The translations under genes were made by a program, and so were the position numbers. Under the pieces are notes generated by a model. It did no database searches and was not told where the DNA came from. It was given only the letters and a program-made list of their open reading frames with translations. Positions 8,970 to 16,954 of a stretch of DNA of 64,000 bases are shown here, one piece after another (the stretch's first letter is position 1; every line of letters begins with the position of its first letter). The stretch lies in NCBI GenBank assembly GCA_040377425.1, contig JBEIOU010000011.1, positions 1 to 64,000 of the forward strand, in the 5' to 3' direction. Source of the stretch: Micavibrio sp. Lineage in GTDB: Bacteria; Pseudomonadota; Alphaproteobacteria; Micavibrionales; UBA2020.

Positions 8970-9677
8970 TTGCAAAGCCAGCTTCATGCGCAGCCGATTT
9001 TTCGTGCGCTGAAAGATGACGTGGTTGCGGGCTTCGCCGAATACGCGGCGCAGAAGCGCGAGAAAAAAGGCACCATCCTCTTCTCGCCCGAAACGCCGAA
9101 CGAAAAGATTTATTTTGTATTATCGGGCTGGGTGAAATTATTCCGCGAAACAATGTCCGGCGACGAAGCCGTGACAGACGTCATGACAAGCGGTAACTTT
9201 TTTGGCGAGATTGGCCTGTCCGGTCACGATCCGATGCCCTATGGCGCCGAAGTCGTCGAAGATGCGGACATTATTTCTCTGCCACGTTTTTTGTTGGCTG
9301 AAGAAATCATGCGCAACAGTTTGTTCGGTATGGCCGTGCTGCAAAACATGACACGCCAGCGCATGCAGCGTGATATGGAGATTGAACACCGCACCGTGCA
9401 AAGTGCCCCGCAGCGTATCGGCTGCTTTTTGCTGAAATTCTGCCGCGATGCGAAAACATCGCCGGTGCGGGTGCATTTGCCGTTTGATAAAACGGTCGTG
9501 GCGCACCGTCTGGGTATGCAGCCCGAAACCTTTTCGCGTGCGCTGGCCAAGCTGCGTGAAGAAACGGGCCTGCGCGTGCAGGGCGCGACAGTGGAGATTG
9601 ATAACCTGCAGCGGCTGGTGGATTATACCTGCTCTGCCTGTTCCAGTAGTTTTCCCTGCGAAGACAAAAAACTTTAA
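8970..9677 (+). CDS. Crp/Fnr-family transcriptional regulator, FixK-like (no N-terminal Fe-S cysteine cluster; unusual Cys-rich C-terminal tail)
   Basis: 235 aa (TTG start per ORF track) with a cNMP-binding-like domain and a C-terminal Crp-type HTH (VVAHRLGMQPETFSRALAKL). C-terminal tail YTCSACSSSFPCEDKKL. Its own upstream region carries two FNR/FixK boxes. Confidence 0.8.
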   Translation: MQSQLHAQPIFRALKDDVVAGFAEYAAQKREKKGTILFSPETPNEKIYFVLSGWVKLFRETMSGDEAVTDVMTSGNFFGEIGLSGHDPMPYGAEVVEDADIISLPRFLLAEEIMRNSLFGMAVLQNMTRQRMQRDMEIEHRTVQSAPQRIGCFLLKFCRDAKTSPVRVHLPFDKTVVAHRLGMQPETFSRALAKLREETGLRVQGATVEIDNLQRLVDYTCSACSSSFPCEDKKL

Positions 9678-9692
9678 GAAAAGATCGGCGGC

Positions 9693-10157
9693 CTATTTCT
9701 GGCAGTCGCGGCAGCTGCCGTGCAGCTCCAGCACCTGGCGTGCGGTGCGGAAACCGTGTTCGGCGGCATCGCTGGTCAGTTTCTTGCCGATGCCATGATC
9801 GGCAATTTCATCGGTATGGCCGCAGCCATCGCAGACAAGAAAGACGTGCTGGTGATCTTCCCTGGGGTGGCGGCAGGCGCGAAATGCGTTCAGGCTTTCG
9901 ATTTTAACAACCACGCCCAGTTCGCAAAGCGCTTCGAGGGCACGGTAGACGCTGGCGGGCTTAATGTCGCGTTTGTGGCGCACAGACAGGTATTCCAAAA
10001 GGGCATAGGCCGTGATGGGGGCGTCGTGATCCAGCAGCGCGTCATAGGCTTCGGCGCGGGTCGATGTCCAGCGTTGGCGCTGCGCCGCGGCCTGACGCTC
10101 CGCATAGGCGATCAGTTCCGCTTTGCTGTGGCTGTGACCGTGGTGCGCGTGGGACAT
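9693..10157 (-). CDS. Fur-family metalloregulator (Zur/Nur-like), His-rich N-terminus
   Basis: Fur-family fold with metal-site residues and two C-terminal CxxC pairs (CDGCGH...CRDCQ). N-terminus MSHAHHGHSHS. Start placed at the second in-frame ATG (10157, AAGGA upstream); the ORF-track start 10184 is also possible. Confidence 0.7.
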   Translation of the reverse strand: MSHAHHGHSHSKAELIAYAERQAAAQRQRWTSTRAEAYDALLDHDAPITAYALLEYLSVRHKRDIKPASVYRALEALCELGVVVKIESLNAFRACRHPREDHQHVFLVCDGCGHTDEIADHGIGKKLTSDAAEHGFRTARQVLELHGSCRDCQK

Positions 10158-10292
10158 ATAGTGCCGATCCTTTCGATTAAACATGGGCGCAGTTTAGTCA
10201 AAAACCCTTTTCAGTAAAACCATAAACCCCGTTTTTGCTATTCGGGCGGTTTAGCGGGAACGCTACATAAACCCAAGTCGTTGATAATATAA

Positions 10293-10309
10293 GCATTTAC
10301 AATAAATGC
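10293..10309. promoter_or_regulatory. 17-bp perfect palindrome GCATTTA-CAA-TAAATGC, candidate operator in the divergent Fur-family / ankyrin promoter region
   Basis: Seen directly. AT-rich, preceded by TTGATAATATAA, 70 bp upstream of the ankyrin gene ATG. The binding factor is unknown. Confidence 0.3.
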
Positions 10310-10377
10310 TGGGCGCCGCGCCGCCTATATGTATAATTATATCCTGTATGTTTCCGCAGATACCAAGGATTTTTCGC

Positions 10378-10869
10378 ATGTTTGATGGTCTTAAGAAATC
10401 GCTGTCCTATTATTTCAATGACGCACCGGGCAAGTTGACCGAAGCTGCTGCGCAAAACAACCGCGCCGAAGCAGACCGTTTGCTGGATAAATACAGCAGC
10501 GTAGACCGAGGTATGATCAACACGCCCAGCATTGCGGGGCATACCGCGCTGATGACGGCCAGCATGAATGGCCATGACGATATGGCGAAACATCTGGTAT
10601 CTCGCGGCGCCTATATCGATTTCACCAATCACGCAGGGCAGACGGCCTTGATGCTGGCGGCGCTGCATAGCCCCGATAAGGCATACCCCGCGCTGGTCGA
10701 AATGGGCGCGAAAACAACCGCCAAGGACGAACGCGGCCGCACCGCCGAAGATTACAAAAAAATCGGCGAAGACGCCCGCGCGGCAGGCAAACGTCCTAAG
10801 GTTGATGTGCGCCCGTCACCCGCCTATCTGGCGGCCAGTGGTATCGGCATGGGCCGTTTTGGGGTTTAA
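10378..10869 (+). CDS. Ankyrin-repeat protein (about 163 aa)
   Basis: Start taken at MFDGLKK (AAGGA RBS). At least three ANK repeats, e.g. GHTALMTASMNGHDDMAKHLVSRGAYIDFTNHAGQTALMLAA. No signal peptide. Confidence 0.7.
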   Translation: MFDGLKKSLSYYFNDAPGKLTEAAAQNNRAEADRLLDKYSSVDRGMINTPSIAGHTALMTASMNGHDDMAKHLVSRGAYIDFTNHAGQTALMLAALHSPDKAYPALVEMGAKTTAKDERGRTAEDYKKIGEDARAAGKRPKVDVRPSPAYLAASGIGMGRFGV

Positions 10870-10883
10870 TCTTTTTTATTTGT

Positions 10884-11633
10884 TTAGCTGATCGTCGGCT
10901 CTTCACCTTGGGCACGCACCATGGCGGCGACATCTGCGGCGGCGGCGTCAAGGGTTGCCTCGTCCGTGCCGCGTAAAATCAGCAGCAGGCTCGGGTTATT
11001 GCCGTTGCGCGGATAGCTGCCGATATCAACATCCGCATATCGTTTTTGAATATCACCAAGCGCGAATGCCACATCGCCTTCTTTCTGGTTGCAGGCAATG
11101 GTGCGGGCCAGAACAGGTGCGCCGCCTTCGGTCATTTTATCGACATGCAGCAGCATGGATTGCATGATTTTGGGTACGCCCGCCATCACAAACACGTTAC
11201 CGATTTTAAAACCGGGTGCCGCGCTGACGGGGTTGTCGATCAGGGTCGCGCCATCGGGTATGCGGGCCATGCGCAGGCGCGCTTCGTTCAGCGGCACGCT
11301 TTGCGCATCGTAATAGGCCTGCAAAATCGCGCGGGCATCGTCACGCACATCGATATGCACATCAAACGCTGCGGCCACGCAATCCGCCGTGATGTCATCA
11401 TGCGTGGGGCCAATGCCGCCCGTGCTGAAAACATATGTATAGGCTGCCCGCAGCGCATTTACCGCGGCAATGATGGCCGCGGGAATGTCGGGTACCACGC
11501 GGACTTCCATGATACGTATACCGCGCTGGTTCATATGCTTGGCGATATAGGCGATATTTGCATCCTGCGTGCTACCGGCGAGGATTTCATTACCAATCAC
11601 AAGAATGGCAGCGGTGGGCGAGGGGGCGGTCAT
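10884..11633 (-). CDS. CinA-like / MoCF-binding (molybdopterin-binding) domain protein
   Basis: 249 aa. N-terminal ILVIGNEILAGSTQDANIAYIAKHMNQRGI is the CinA/MoeA-type molybdopterin-binding fold. Confidence 0.75.
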   Translation of the reverse strand: MTAPSPTAAILVIGNEILAGSTQDANIAYIAKHMNQRGIRIMEVRVVPDIPAAIIAAVNALRAAYTYVFSTGGIGPTHDDITADCVAAAFDVHIDVRDDARAILQAYYDAQSVPLNEARLRMARIPDGATLIDNPVSAAPGFKIGNVFVMAGVPKIMQSMLLHVDKMTEGGAPVLARTIACNQKEGDVAFALGDIQKRYADVDIGSYPRNGNNPSLLLILRGTDEATLDAAAADVAAMVRAQGEEPTIS

Positions 11634-11779
11634 GGGTTTTATATCCTTGGGTTTTACGGCCTGTCGTTCGAGATTATAGGGCTGGTTATAGCAGTTTTGC
11701 AGCCTTTTCGCTTGTTTTTTGGGGCAATTGCCGCCATTTTACATGTCATAGAGAACCATTAGGAAAAAAGAGACTGAAT

Positions 11780-12601
11780 TTGACATATCTGGATTTAGAG
11801 GAAGAGCTGGAAATCGAAACCGATATCCCCCTGCATGACGCCGCAGGCTTCGAAGGCATGCGCAAGGCCGGACGTTTCGCGGCCGACGTGCTGGATTACA
11901 TCACCGACTACATCAAACCGGATGTGACCACGGCCGAGATCGACAAGCGTATTCACGATTACATTAACGACCACGGCGCCGTTTCCGCGACGGTCGGATA
12001 CAAAGGCTATCAGCACGCATCGTGCATTTCTATCAATCATGTCGTTTGCCACGGTATTCCAAGCGAAAAGAAACTGGCCGATGGCGATATCCTGAATATC
12101 GACGTCACCGTCATCATCGATGGCTGGTTTGGCGATACCAGCCGCATGTACTACGCAGGTGAAAATGTGCCCGTCAAAGCGCGTTTGCTGGTGGATGCCA
12201 CCTACGAAGCGATGATGCGCGGCATTCAGGCTGTGAAGCCGGGCGCGACGCTGGGCGATGTCGGCCATGCCATTCAGTCCTATGCTGAATCGCAGCGGTT
12301 TTCTGTGGTGCGTGATTTCTGTGGCCATGGTCTTGGCCGCGTGTTCCATGCGCCGCCGTCCGTGCTGCACTATGGCCGTGCGGGTTCTGGTACCGTTTTG
12401 CAACCGGGCATGTTTTTTACGATCGAGCCGATGATTAACGCGGGTGGCTGGCAAACCAAAATTCTGGCCGATGGCTGGACGGCGGTGACCAAAGACCGCA
12501 GCCTGTCCGCGCAGTTCGAACATAGTCTGGCCGTTACCGAAACGGGATACGAGATTTTTACCCTCTCGCCCAAAGGTTATACAAAACCGCCCTATGCCTG
12601 A
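11780..12601 (+). CDS. map: Methionine aminopeptidase type I
   Basis: Pita-bread fold with metal ligands in the conserved context (DVTVIIDGWFGDTS, HGLGRVFH, EPMIN). Start is uncertain: TTG 11780 chosen by alignment to the MAP N-terminus; the ORF-track start 11558 would add about 74 aa and overlap cinA. Confidence 0.8.
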   Translation: MTYLDLEEELEIETDIPLHDAAGFEGMRKAGRFAADVLDYITDYIKPDVTTAEIDKRIHDYINDHGAVSATVGYKGYQHASCISINHVVCHGIPSEKKLADGDILNIDVTVIIDGWFGDTSRMYYAGENVPVKARLLVDATYEAMMRGIQAVKPGATLGDVGHAIQSYAESQRFSVVRDFCGHGLGRVFHAPPSVLHYGRAGSGTVLQPGMFFTIEPMINAGGWQTKILADGWTAVTKDRSLSAQFEHSLAVTETGYEIFTLSPKGYTKPPYA

Positions 12602-13325
12602 ACGTAAAGTGCCCCCCGTTGACGCTGTCGCCAAAACCGCGCTGCCGCACCACGCCGGCCACCGCGACCGTTTGCGCGGCCGTTTTGTTAAATCGGGTGC
12701 CGGCGCGTTTGAAGATTACGAACTTTTGGAAATGATCTTGTTCGCCATCATTCCGCGCCGTGACGTGAAGCCGCTGGCCAAACAGTTGCTCGCCGAATTT
12801 GGCGGTATTGCGGGTCTGCTGGGCGCATCGCTGGAAGATCTCAAAGCCGTCAAGGGGCTTGGCGATAATGCTGCCATTTTTCTAAAGACCGTACATGCGC
12901 TGACGCAGCGCATGCTGGTCGCCGATGTGCACAAAAAACCTGTGCTGGGGTCTTGGCAAAAACTGCTCGATTACTGTCACGTTGCCATGGCGCACGAAAA
13001 GCGCGAACATTTCCGCATCCTGTTTTTGAACCGCAAAAACGAATTGATTGCCGACGAAGTGCAGCAGATCGGCACGGTGGACCATGCGCCCGTCTATCCG
13101 CGTGAAATTGTGCGCCGTGCGCTGGAGCTGGGCGCAACCGCCCTTATTCTTGTGCACAATCACCCGTCGGGCGATCCGACGCCGTCCGACAGCGACATTA
13201 CGATGACCGAAGAGATTATTCGTGTAGCCCGTGCGCTGGATATTCTGGTGCATGACCATCTGATTATTTCCCGCAGCGGCCATGCCAGCATGAAGTCGCT
13301 GGGGCTTTTGCATTTTTCTTTGTAA
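12594..13325 (+). CDS. radC: RadC-family JAB/MPN domain protein
   Basis: 243 aa. N-terminal helix-hairpin-helix-like region and a C-terminal JAMM motif HNHPSGDPTPSDSD. Overlaps the map stop by 8 nt. Confidence 0.85.
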   Translation: MPERKVPPVDAVAKTALPHHAGHRDRLRGRFVKSGAGAFEDYELLEMILFAIIPRRDVKPLAKQLLAEFGGIAGLLGASLEDLKAVKGLGDNAAIFLKTVHALTQRMLVADVHKKPVLGSWQKLLDYCHVAMAHEKREHFRILFLNRKNELIADEVQQIGTVDHAPVYPREIVRRALELGATALILVHNHPSGDPTPSDSDITMTEEIIRVARALDILVHDHLIISRSGHASMKSLGLLHFSL

Positions 13326-13394
13326 TTCTGTCCAAGGATGCGCCATGGAGCATCGTCATACCTGCAGTGTTATTAAATAATGGAGGAAATCCCC

Positions 13395-13886
13395 ATGCTT
13401 CGCGCCGCCTTTGCCGTGACCGGTTTGTTTGTCTTGCTATCGGGTGCGCCTGCGCACGCGCTCAGCTGCGCGGTGCCGCAACTGACGCCGCATGCGCTTG
13501 AAAGCGCCGCCGCCATATTTGAAGGGGTCGTCGTCGCCGACCGCCGCGACGATGTGAATATCGTCCCCGGATCCGAAGAGGCGCTGGATAAAAACGTGAC
13601 CTATAGCTTTCTGGTCAGCAAATCATGGAAAGGCGTAACGGATGGGGAAACCGTTAACGTGCGCCGCAACATTTATTGGGGTGACGGGCTTCAAATGGGC
13701 AAAGCCTATATGGTTTTTGCCGAGCGCAAGGATCAGGATGGGGTTTTAGTCTCCGGTCTGTGCGGCTTGACGGGGGAGCTGGCTTATGCGGGCGGCATCC
13801 AGAAATGGCTGGCCGCGAATATTGCCGGCGCGGCACCGTCCGAAACCCCTGCTATACCGCCGACAGCCTCGCCTGCGGCGCAATAA
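13395..13886 (+). CDS. Secreted hypothetical protein with a possible NTR/TIMP-like OB-fold
   Basis: GGAGG RBS 7 nt upstream. Signal peptide MLRAAFAVTGLFVLLSGAPAHA. Cys near the mature N-terminus (LSCAVPQ) and a second Cys in VSGLCGL. Pro/Ala-rich C-terminal tail. Family assignment is by pattern memory only. Confidence 0.55.
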   Translation: MLRAAFAVTGLFVLLSGAPAHALSCAVPQLTPHALESAAAIFEGVVVADRRDDVNIVPGSEEALDKNVTYSFLVSKSWKGVTDGETVNVRRNIYWGDGLQMGKAYMVFAERKDQDGVLVSGLCGLTGELAYAGGIQKWLAANIAGAAPSETPAIPPTASPAAQ

Positions 13887-13972
13887 ATTAAGTAATTGAT
13901 TTCCTGCCATAAAAAATCTACCAAGGAAGAGACGGCCAGCACCGTCTAACAGGCAGGAACAAGGCAGGGCAT

Positions 13973-14527
13973 ATGCAGCAGGATGACCATACACTGGTCA
14001 GGAACGCGCAGGCGGGTGACCGTCAAGCCTTTGCTATGCTTGTGGAAAGGCACTATGGGCTGATGTTCAAAGTGGCGTGGCAATGGTGCGGCAACCGTGA
14101 CGATGCGCAGGATATCGCGCAGGAAAGCGCGGTCAAGCTGGCGCAGAATATCCGAAGCTTTGGCTTTGACGCTGCCTTTACCACGTGGCTGTACCGCATC
14201 GTCATTAACGCGGCCAAGGATTTTTACAAAGCCAAAAACCGCCACGGCAGCCGCGAAATGCCGCTGTTTGACGATGTCGAATATATATCGGCCGCGCCCG
14301 ACCCGGAAAAGCAGCTGGCAGATAAAGATGTGCTGCGTGCCGTGGCCGAGCTGCCTGAAACGCTGCGCGAAACCGTCGTGCTGGTCTGCTGGCACGGCAT
14401 GAGCCACCGCGAGGCGGGCGAGGTTCTGGATTGTCCCGAAGGCACGATTTCGTGGCGGATATCCGAAGCACGCAAGAAAATCGCCGCCGCGATGGATTTG
14501 AAACAAAAGGGGAAACGTCATGGATGA
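13973..14527 (+). CDS. ECF-subfamily RNA polymerase sigma-70 factor
   Basis: 184 aa with recognisable region 2 (FAMLVERHYGLMFKVAWQW...AQDIAQESAVKL) and region 4 (LPETLRETVVLVCWHGMSHREAGEVLDCPEGTISWRISEARKKI). Confidence 0.9.
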   Translation: MQQDDHTLVRNAQAGDRQAFAMLVERHYGLMFKVAWQWCGNRDDAQDIAQESAVKLAQNIRSFGFDAAFTTWLYRIVINAAKDFYKAKNRHGSREMPLFDDVEYISAAPDPEKQLADKDVLRAVAELPETLRETVVLVCWHGMSHREAGEVLDCPEGTISWRISEARKKIAAAMDLKQKGKRHG

Positions 14528-16850
14528 CAGAAAGCTTGAAGATATGCTTTCGCATCTGAAAGCACCCGAACCGTCAAAAGACGCGCAAAATCAGGCGCTT
14601 GAACGCGCCATGGCGGCCTTTGACGAAAAAATGTCAAAAACCACCCAAGCCAATCCCGAAACGAAACGTCTGACAGGCATCGAAAACATTTTGATCCATG
14701 TCAGGAGAAAACTTATGCAGAAACGTTTTGTTATTTCGGGTACGACCGGCGCTGTTGCCACCTGCGCCTTGATCGCCGTTCTGGGCACGCCGTTCTTTTA
14801 TTCTCAGGTGTCGCAGCTGGTGGTGGATGATGCGCGGATTGATGCGGCGAGCTTGAAGCTGGAAGGTGCGAGCAGCCTGTTTACGGATGATGCCTCGCCG
14901 CAGGCCTCGGTGGATAAAGATTTGCGCCAGCGTCTGGAAGAGCAGAACGCTATAGCCGCTGAACGTGCCGCGCAGGCGGGTGCGTCTGCAATGCCTTTGG
15001 CTATCGAAGGATCACCCTCCGCAGATGCGGCTGCACCCAAGAAAAGCGATGATATCCGTGGACGTTTAGAAGCGCAAAAAATGCAATCAGCTGAGCGTGC
15101 CGAACCGCAAGGTCTTGCGGCCATGCCGATGGGCGCGGATAATACTGCTGGCGCAACCATGCAGGTCGCCCCGATGATGTCGATGGATGCTGCTGCACCA
15201 AAAGCGAAAGAAGAATCCAAAGTCATGCGCGAAATTGCGCCGATGAGCGAGCGTGTGGCAAGAAAACCCTCCGCGCCGCTTACTCCTGCACCGGCGTCGA
15301 ATGTCATGCCCGGTTTTGTGGCGCCAACAGAAGCCGATATGGCCGTTGTCAGCCCCGTGCAGCCGCCGGTGGATGTCATCCAGCATCAATACCAAGACGT
15401 CGGCCGCGATCAGTTCCAAGCATTCGAAGAAAACAGCGTGAAAGCTGTGCAGGCAGAGCCTGTGTCGACCTTCTCGATCGACGTTGATACGTCGTCTTAC
15501 AGCTTCGTGCGCCGTGCGCTGAACAGCGGTGTACTGCCGCAGAAGAACGCCATCCGCATCGAAGAAATGGTGAATTACTTCGATTATAACTATGCCGTGC
15601 CCGAAGCGGGCGGCGACCCGTTCCTGCCGACCGTGGCGGTATACGACAGCCCGTGGCGAAGCGGTAACAAGTTGATCCATATCGGCGTCAAAGGGTACGA
15701 AGTGCAGACCAAGCCGAAGTCTAACCTTGTATTCCTGCTGGATACGTCGGGTTCGATGCACAGCCAGGACAAACTGCCGCTGCTGGTCAATTCGTTCAAG
15801 ATGCTGCTGGATACGCTGTCGGCCGATGATACGGTGTCGATTGTGACCTATGCCGGTTCAAGCGGTGTGGCTCTGGCACCGACCAAGGCCAGCGATAAAC
15901 AGAAAATCTTCAGCGTGCTGGATAATCTGCAAGCATCCGGCAGCACGGCGGGGGCGGAGGGTATCCGTCAGGCATACCAGCTGGCCGAACAGAATTTCGT
16001 CAAAGACGGCAATAACCGCATCATTCTGGCGACCGACGGCGATTTCAACGTTGGCATCACCAATCAGGACGAATTGAAAGGCTTTGTGGAGCGTAAACGC
16101 AAGGAAGGCATTTTCCTGTCCGTCCTTGGTTTCGGTCAGGGCAATTATAACGACCATATGATGCAAACGTTGGCGCAGAACGGCAACGGCACCGCGGCTT
16201 ATATCGACAGCCTGAACGAAGCACGCAAGGTACTGGTGGACGAAGCATCGTCGATGCTGTTCACCATCGCGAAAGACGTCAAGCTGCAGGTGGAATTCAA
16301 CCCGCAAACCGTGCAGGAATATCGCTTGGTCGGCTATGAAACCCGCGCCCTGAACCGCGAAGATTTCAACAACGATAAAGTCGATGCTGGTGATATCGGT
16401 GCGGGCCATACCGTGACGGCGATCTACGAGATCACGCCCGTCGGCGCACCGCCCCTCGTCGATGATCTGCGCTATCAAAAACCCGCGGCGAAAGCGGAGC
16501 CGAAGCCGGAGGCTGATTTGGTCAAAACCGCCGAAGGCGGAGATGAATATGCCTTCCTCAAAATCCGCTACAAAAAACCGGATAGCGACACCAGCACGCT
16601 GATGACGCGCCCGATCACCAAAGCGGATGAAAAACCTTTCGCGAGCCTGTCCGACGATATCCGCTTTGCGAATGCGGTGGCATCGTTTGCCCAAATGCTG
16701 AAAGGCAGCAAATTCGTGCCCGCCGATTATGATGCAGTGATCGAAACGGCGAATCAGGCGCGCGGCAAGGATGAATTTGGATACCGCACCGAATTCGTAA
16801 ACCTTGTACGGCTTGCAAAAACGGCCGCTGGTTTGCAGCCGCTCCGCTAA
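14520..16850 (+). CDS. Membrane anti-sigma-factor-like protein fused to a periplasmic YfbK-type von Willebrand factor A (vWA) + DUF3520 domain
   Basis: 776 aa whose ATG overlaps the sigma-gene stop (ATGGATGA). About 70-aa cytoplasmic N-terminus, one TM (FVISGTTGAVATCALIAVLGTPFFY), an A/P/M-rich repetitive linker, then a vWA domain with MIDAS motif DTSGS (VFLLDTSGSMHSQDKL...) and a YfbK-like C-terminus (ATDGDFNVGITNQDEL...). Confidence 0.85.
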   Translation: MDDRKLEDMLSHLKAPEPSKDAQNQALERAMAAFDEKMSKTTQANPETKRLTGIENILIHVRRKLMQKRFVISGTTGAVATCALIAVLGTPFFYSQVSQLVVDDARIDAASLKLEGASSLFTDDASPQASVDKDLRQRLEEQNAIAAERAAQAGASAMPLAIEGSPSADAAAPKKSDDIRGRLEAQKMQSAERAEPQGLAAMPMGADNTAGATMQVAPMMSMDAAAPKAKEESKVMREIAPMSERVARKPSAPLTPAPASNVMPGFVAPTEADMAVVSPVQPPVDVIQHQYQDVGRDQFQAFEENSVKAVQAEPVSTFSIDVDTSSYSFVRRALNSGVLPQKNAIRIEEMVNYFDYNYAVPEAGGDPFLPTVAVYDSPWRSGNKLIHIGVKGYEVQTKPKSNLVFLLDTSGSMHSQDKLPLLVNSFKMLLDTLSADDTVSIVTYAGSSGVALAPTKASDKQKIFSVLDNLQASGSTAGAEGIRQAYQLAEQNFVKDGNNRIILATDGDFNVGITNQDELKGFVERKRKEGIFLSVLGFGQGNYNDHMMQTLAQNGNGTAAYIDSLNEARKVLVDEASSMLFTIAKDVKLQVEFNPQTVQEYRLVGYETRALNREDFNNDKVDAGDIGAGHTVTAIYEITPVGAPPLVDDLRYQKPAAKAEPKPEADLVKTAEGGDEYAFLKIRYKKPDSDTSTLMTRPITKADEKPFASLSDDIRFANAVASFAQMLKGSKFVPADYDAVIETANQARGKDEFGYRTEFVNLVRLAKTAAGLQPLR

Positions 16851-16866
16851 TCGAGTTATAATAGGA

Positions 16867-16898
16867 AGACCGGGGGCAGCCCCGGTCTTTCTGTTTTT
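16867..16898 (+). terminator. Rho-independent terminator of the sigma / anti-sigma operon
   Basis: AGACCGGGG-gcag-CCCCGGTCT 9-bp stem followed by TTTCTGTTTTT. Confidence 0.6.
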
Positions 16899-16954
16899 AG
16901 GCACAGATAGATTGCTTTTTATCTATTTTGACATTCATCGAGAGGGGGAATCCG

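Noticed and set aside
8941-9001. Apparent 1-nt mismatches between my manual reading of the printed sequence and the ORF-track frames
   Set aside because: Seen at about 8941/9000 in the fnr-like gene and about 50400 at the macA end. Most likely my own transcription error over a long sequence. The ORF-track coordinates were treated as authoritative. This means hand-derived coordinates (small ORFs, boxes, hairpins) may be off by 1-2 nt.
11558-11779. Extended N-terminus of map from the ORF-track start 11558
   Set aside because: It would add about 74 non-conserved residues and overlap cinA on the opposite strand. Family alignment supports a start near 11780 (TTG). The exact start remains uncertain.
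13925-13949. Possible ECF-type autoregulatory promoter (GGAAGA ... TCTAA) upstream of the sigma gene
   Set aside because: The spacer is only 14 nt and the motif is too close to the ATG. A GACGG-N6-CCGTC inverted repeat is present but not interpretable. Not reported as a feature.
15858-16904. 348-aa minus-strand ORF
   Set aside because: Lies entirely antisense to the vWA/anti-sigma gene, which has strong family signal. Typical high-GC shadow ORF.
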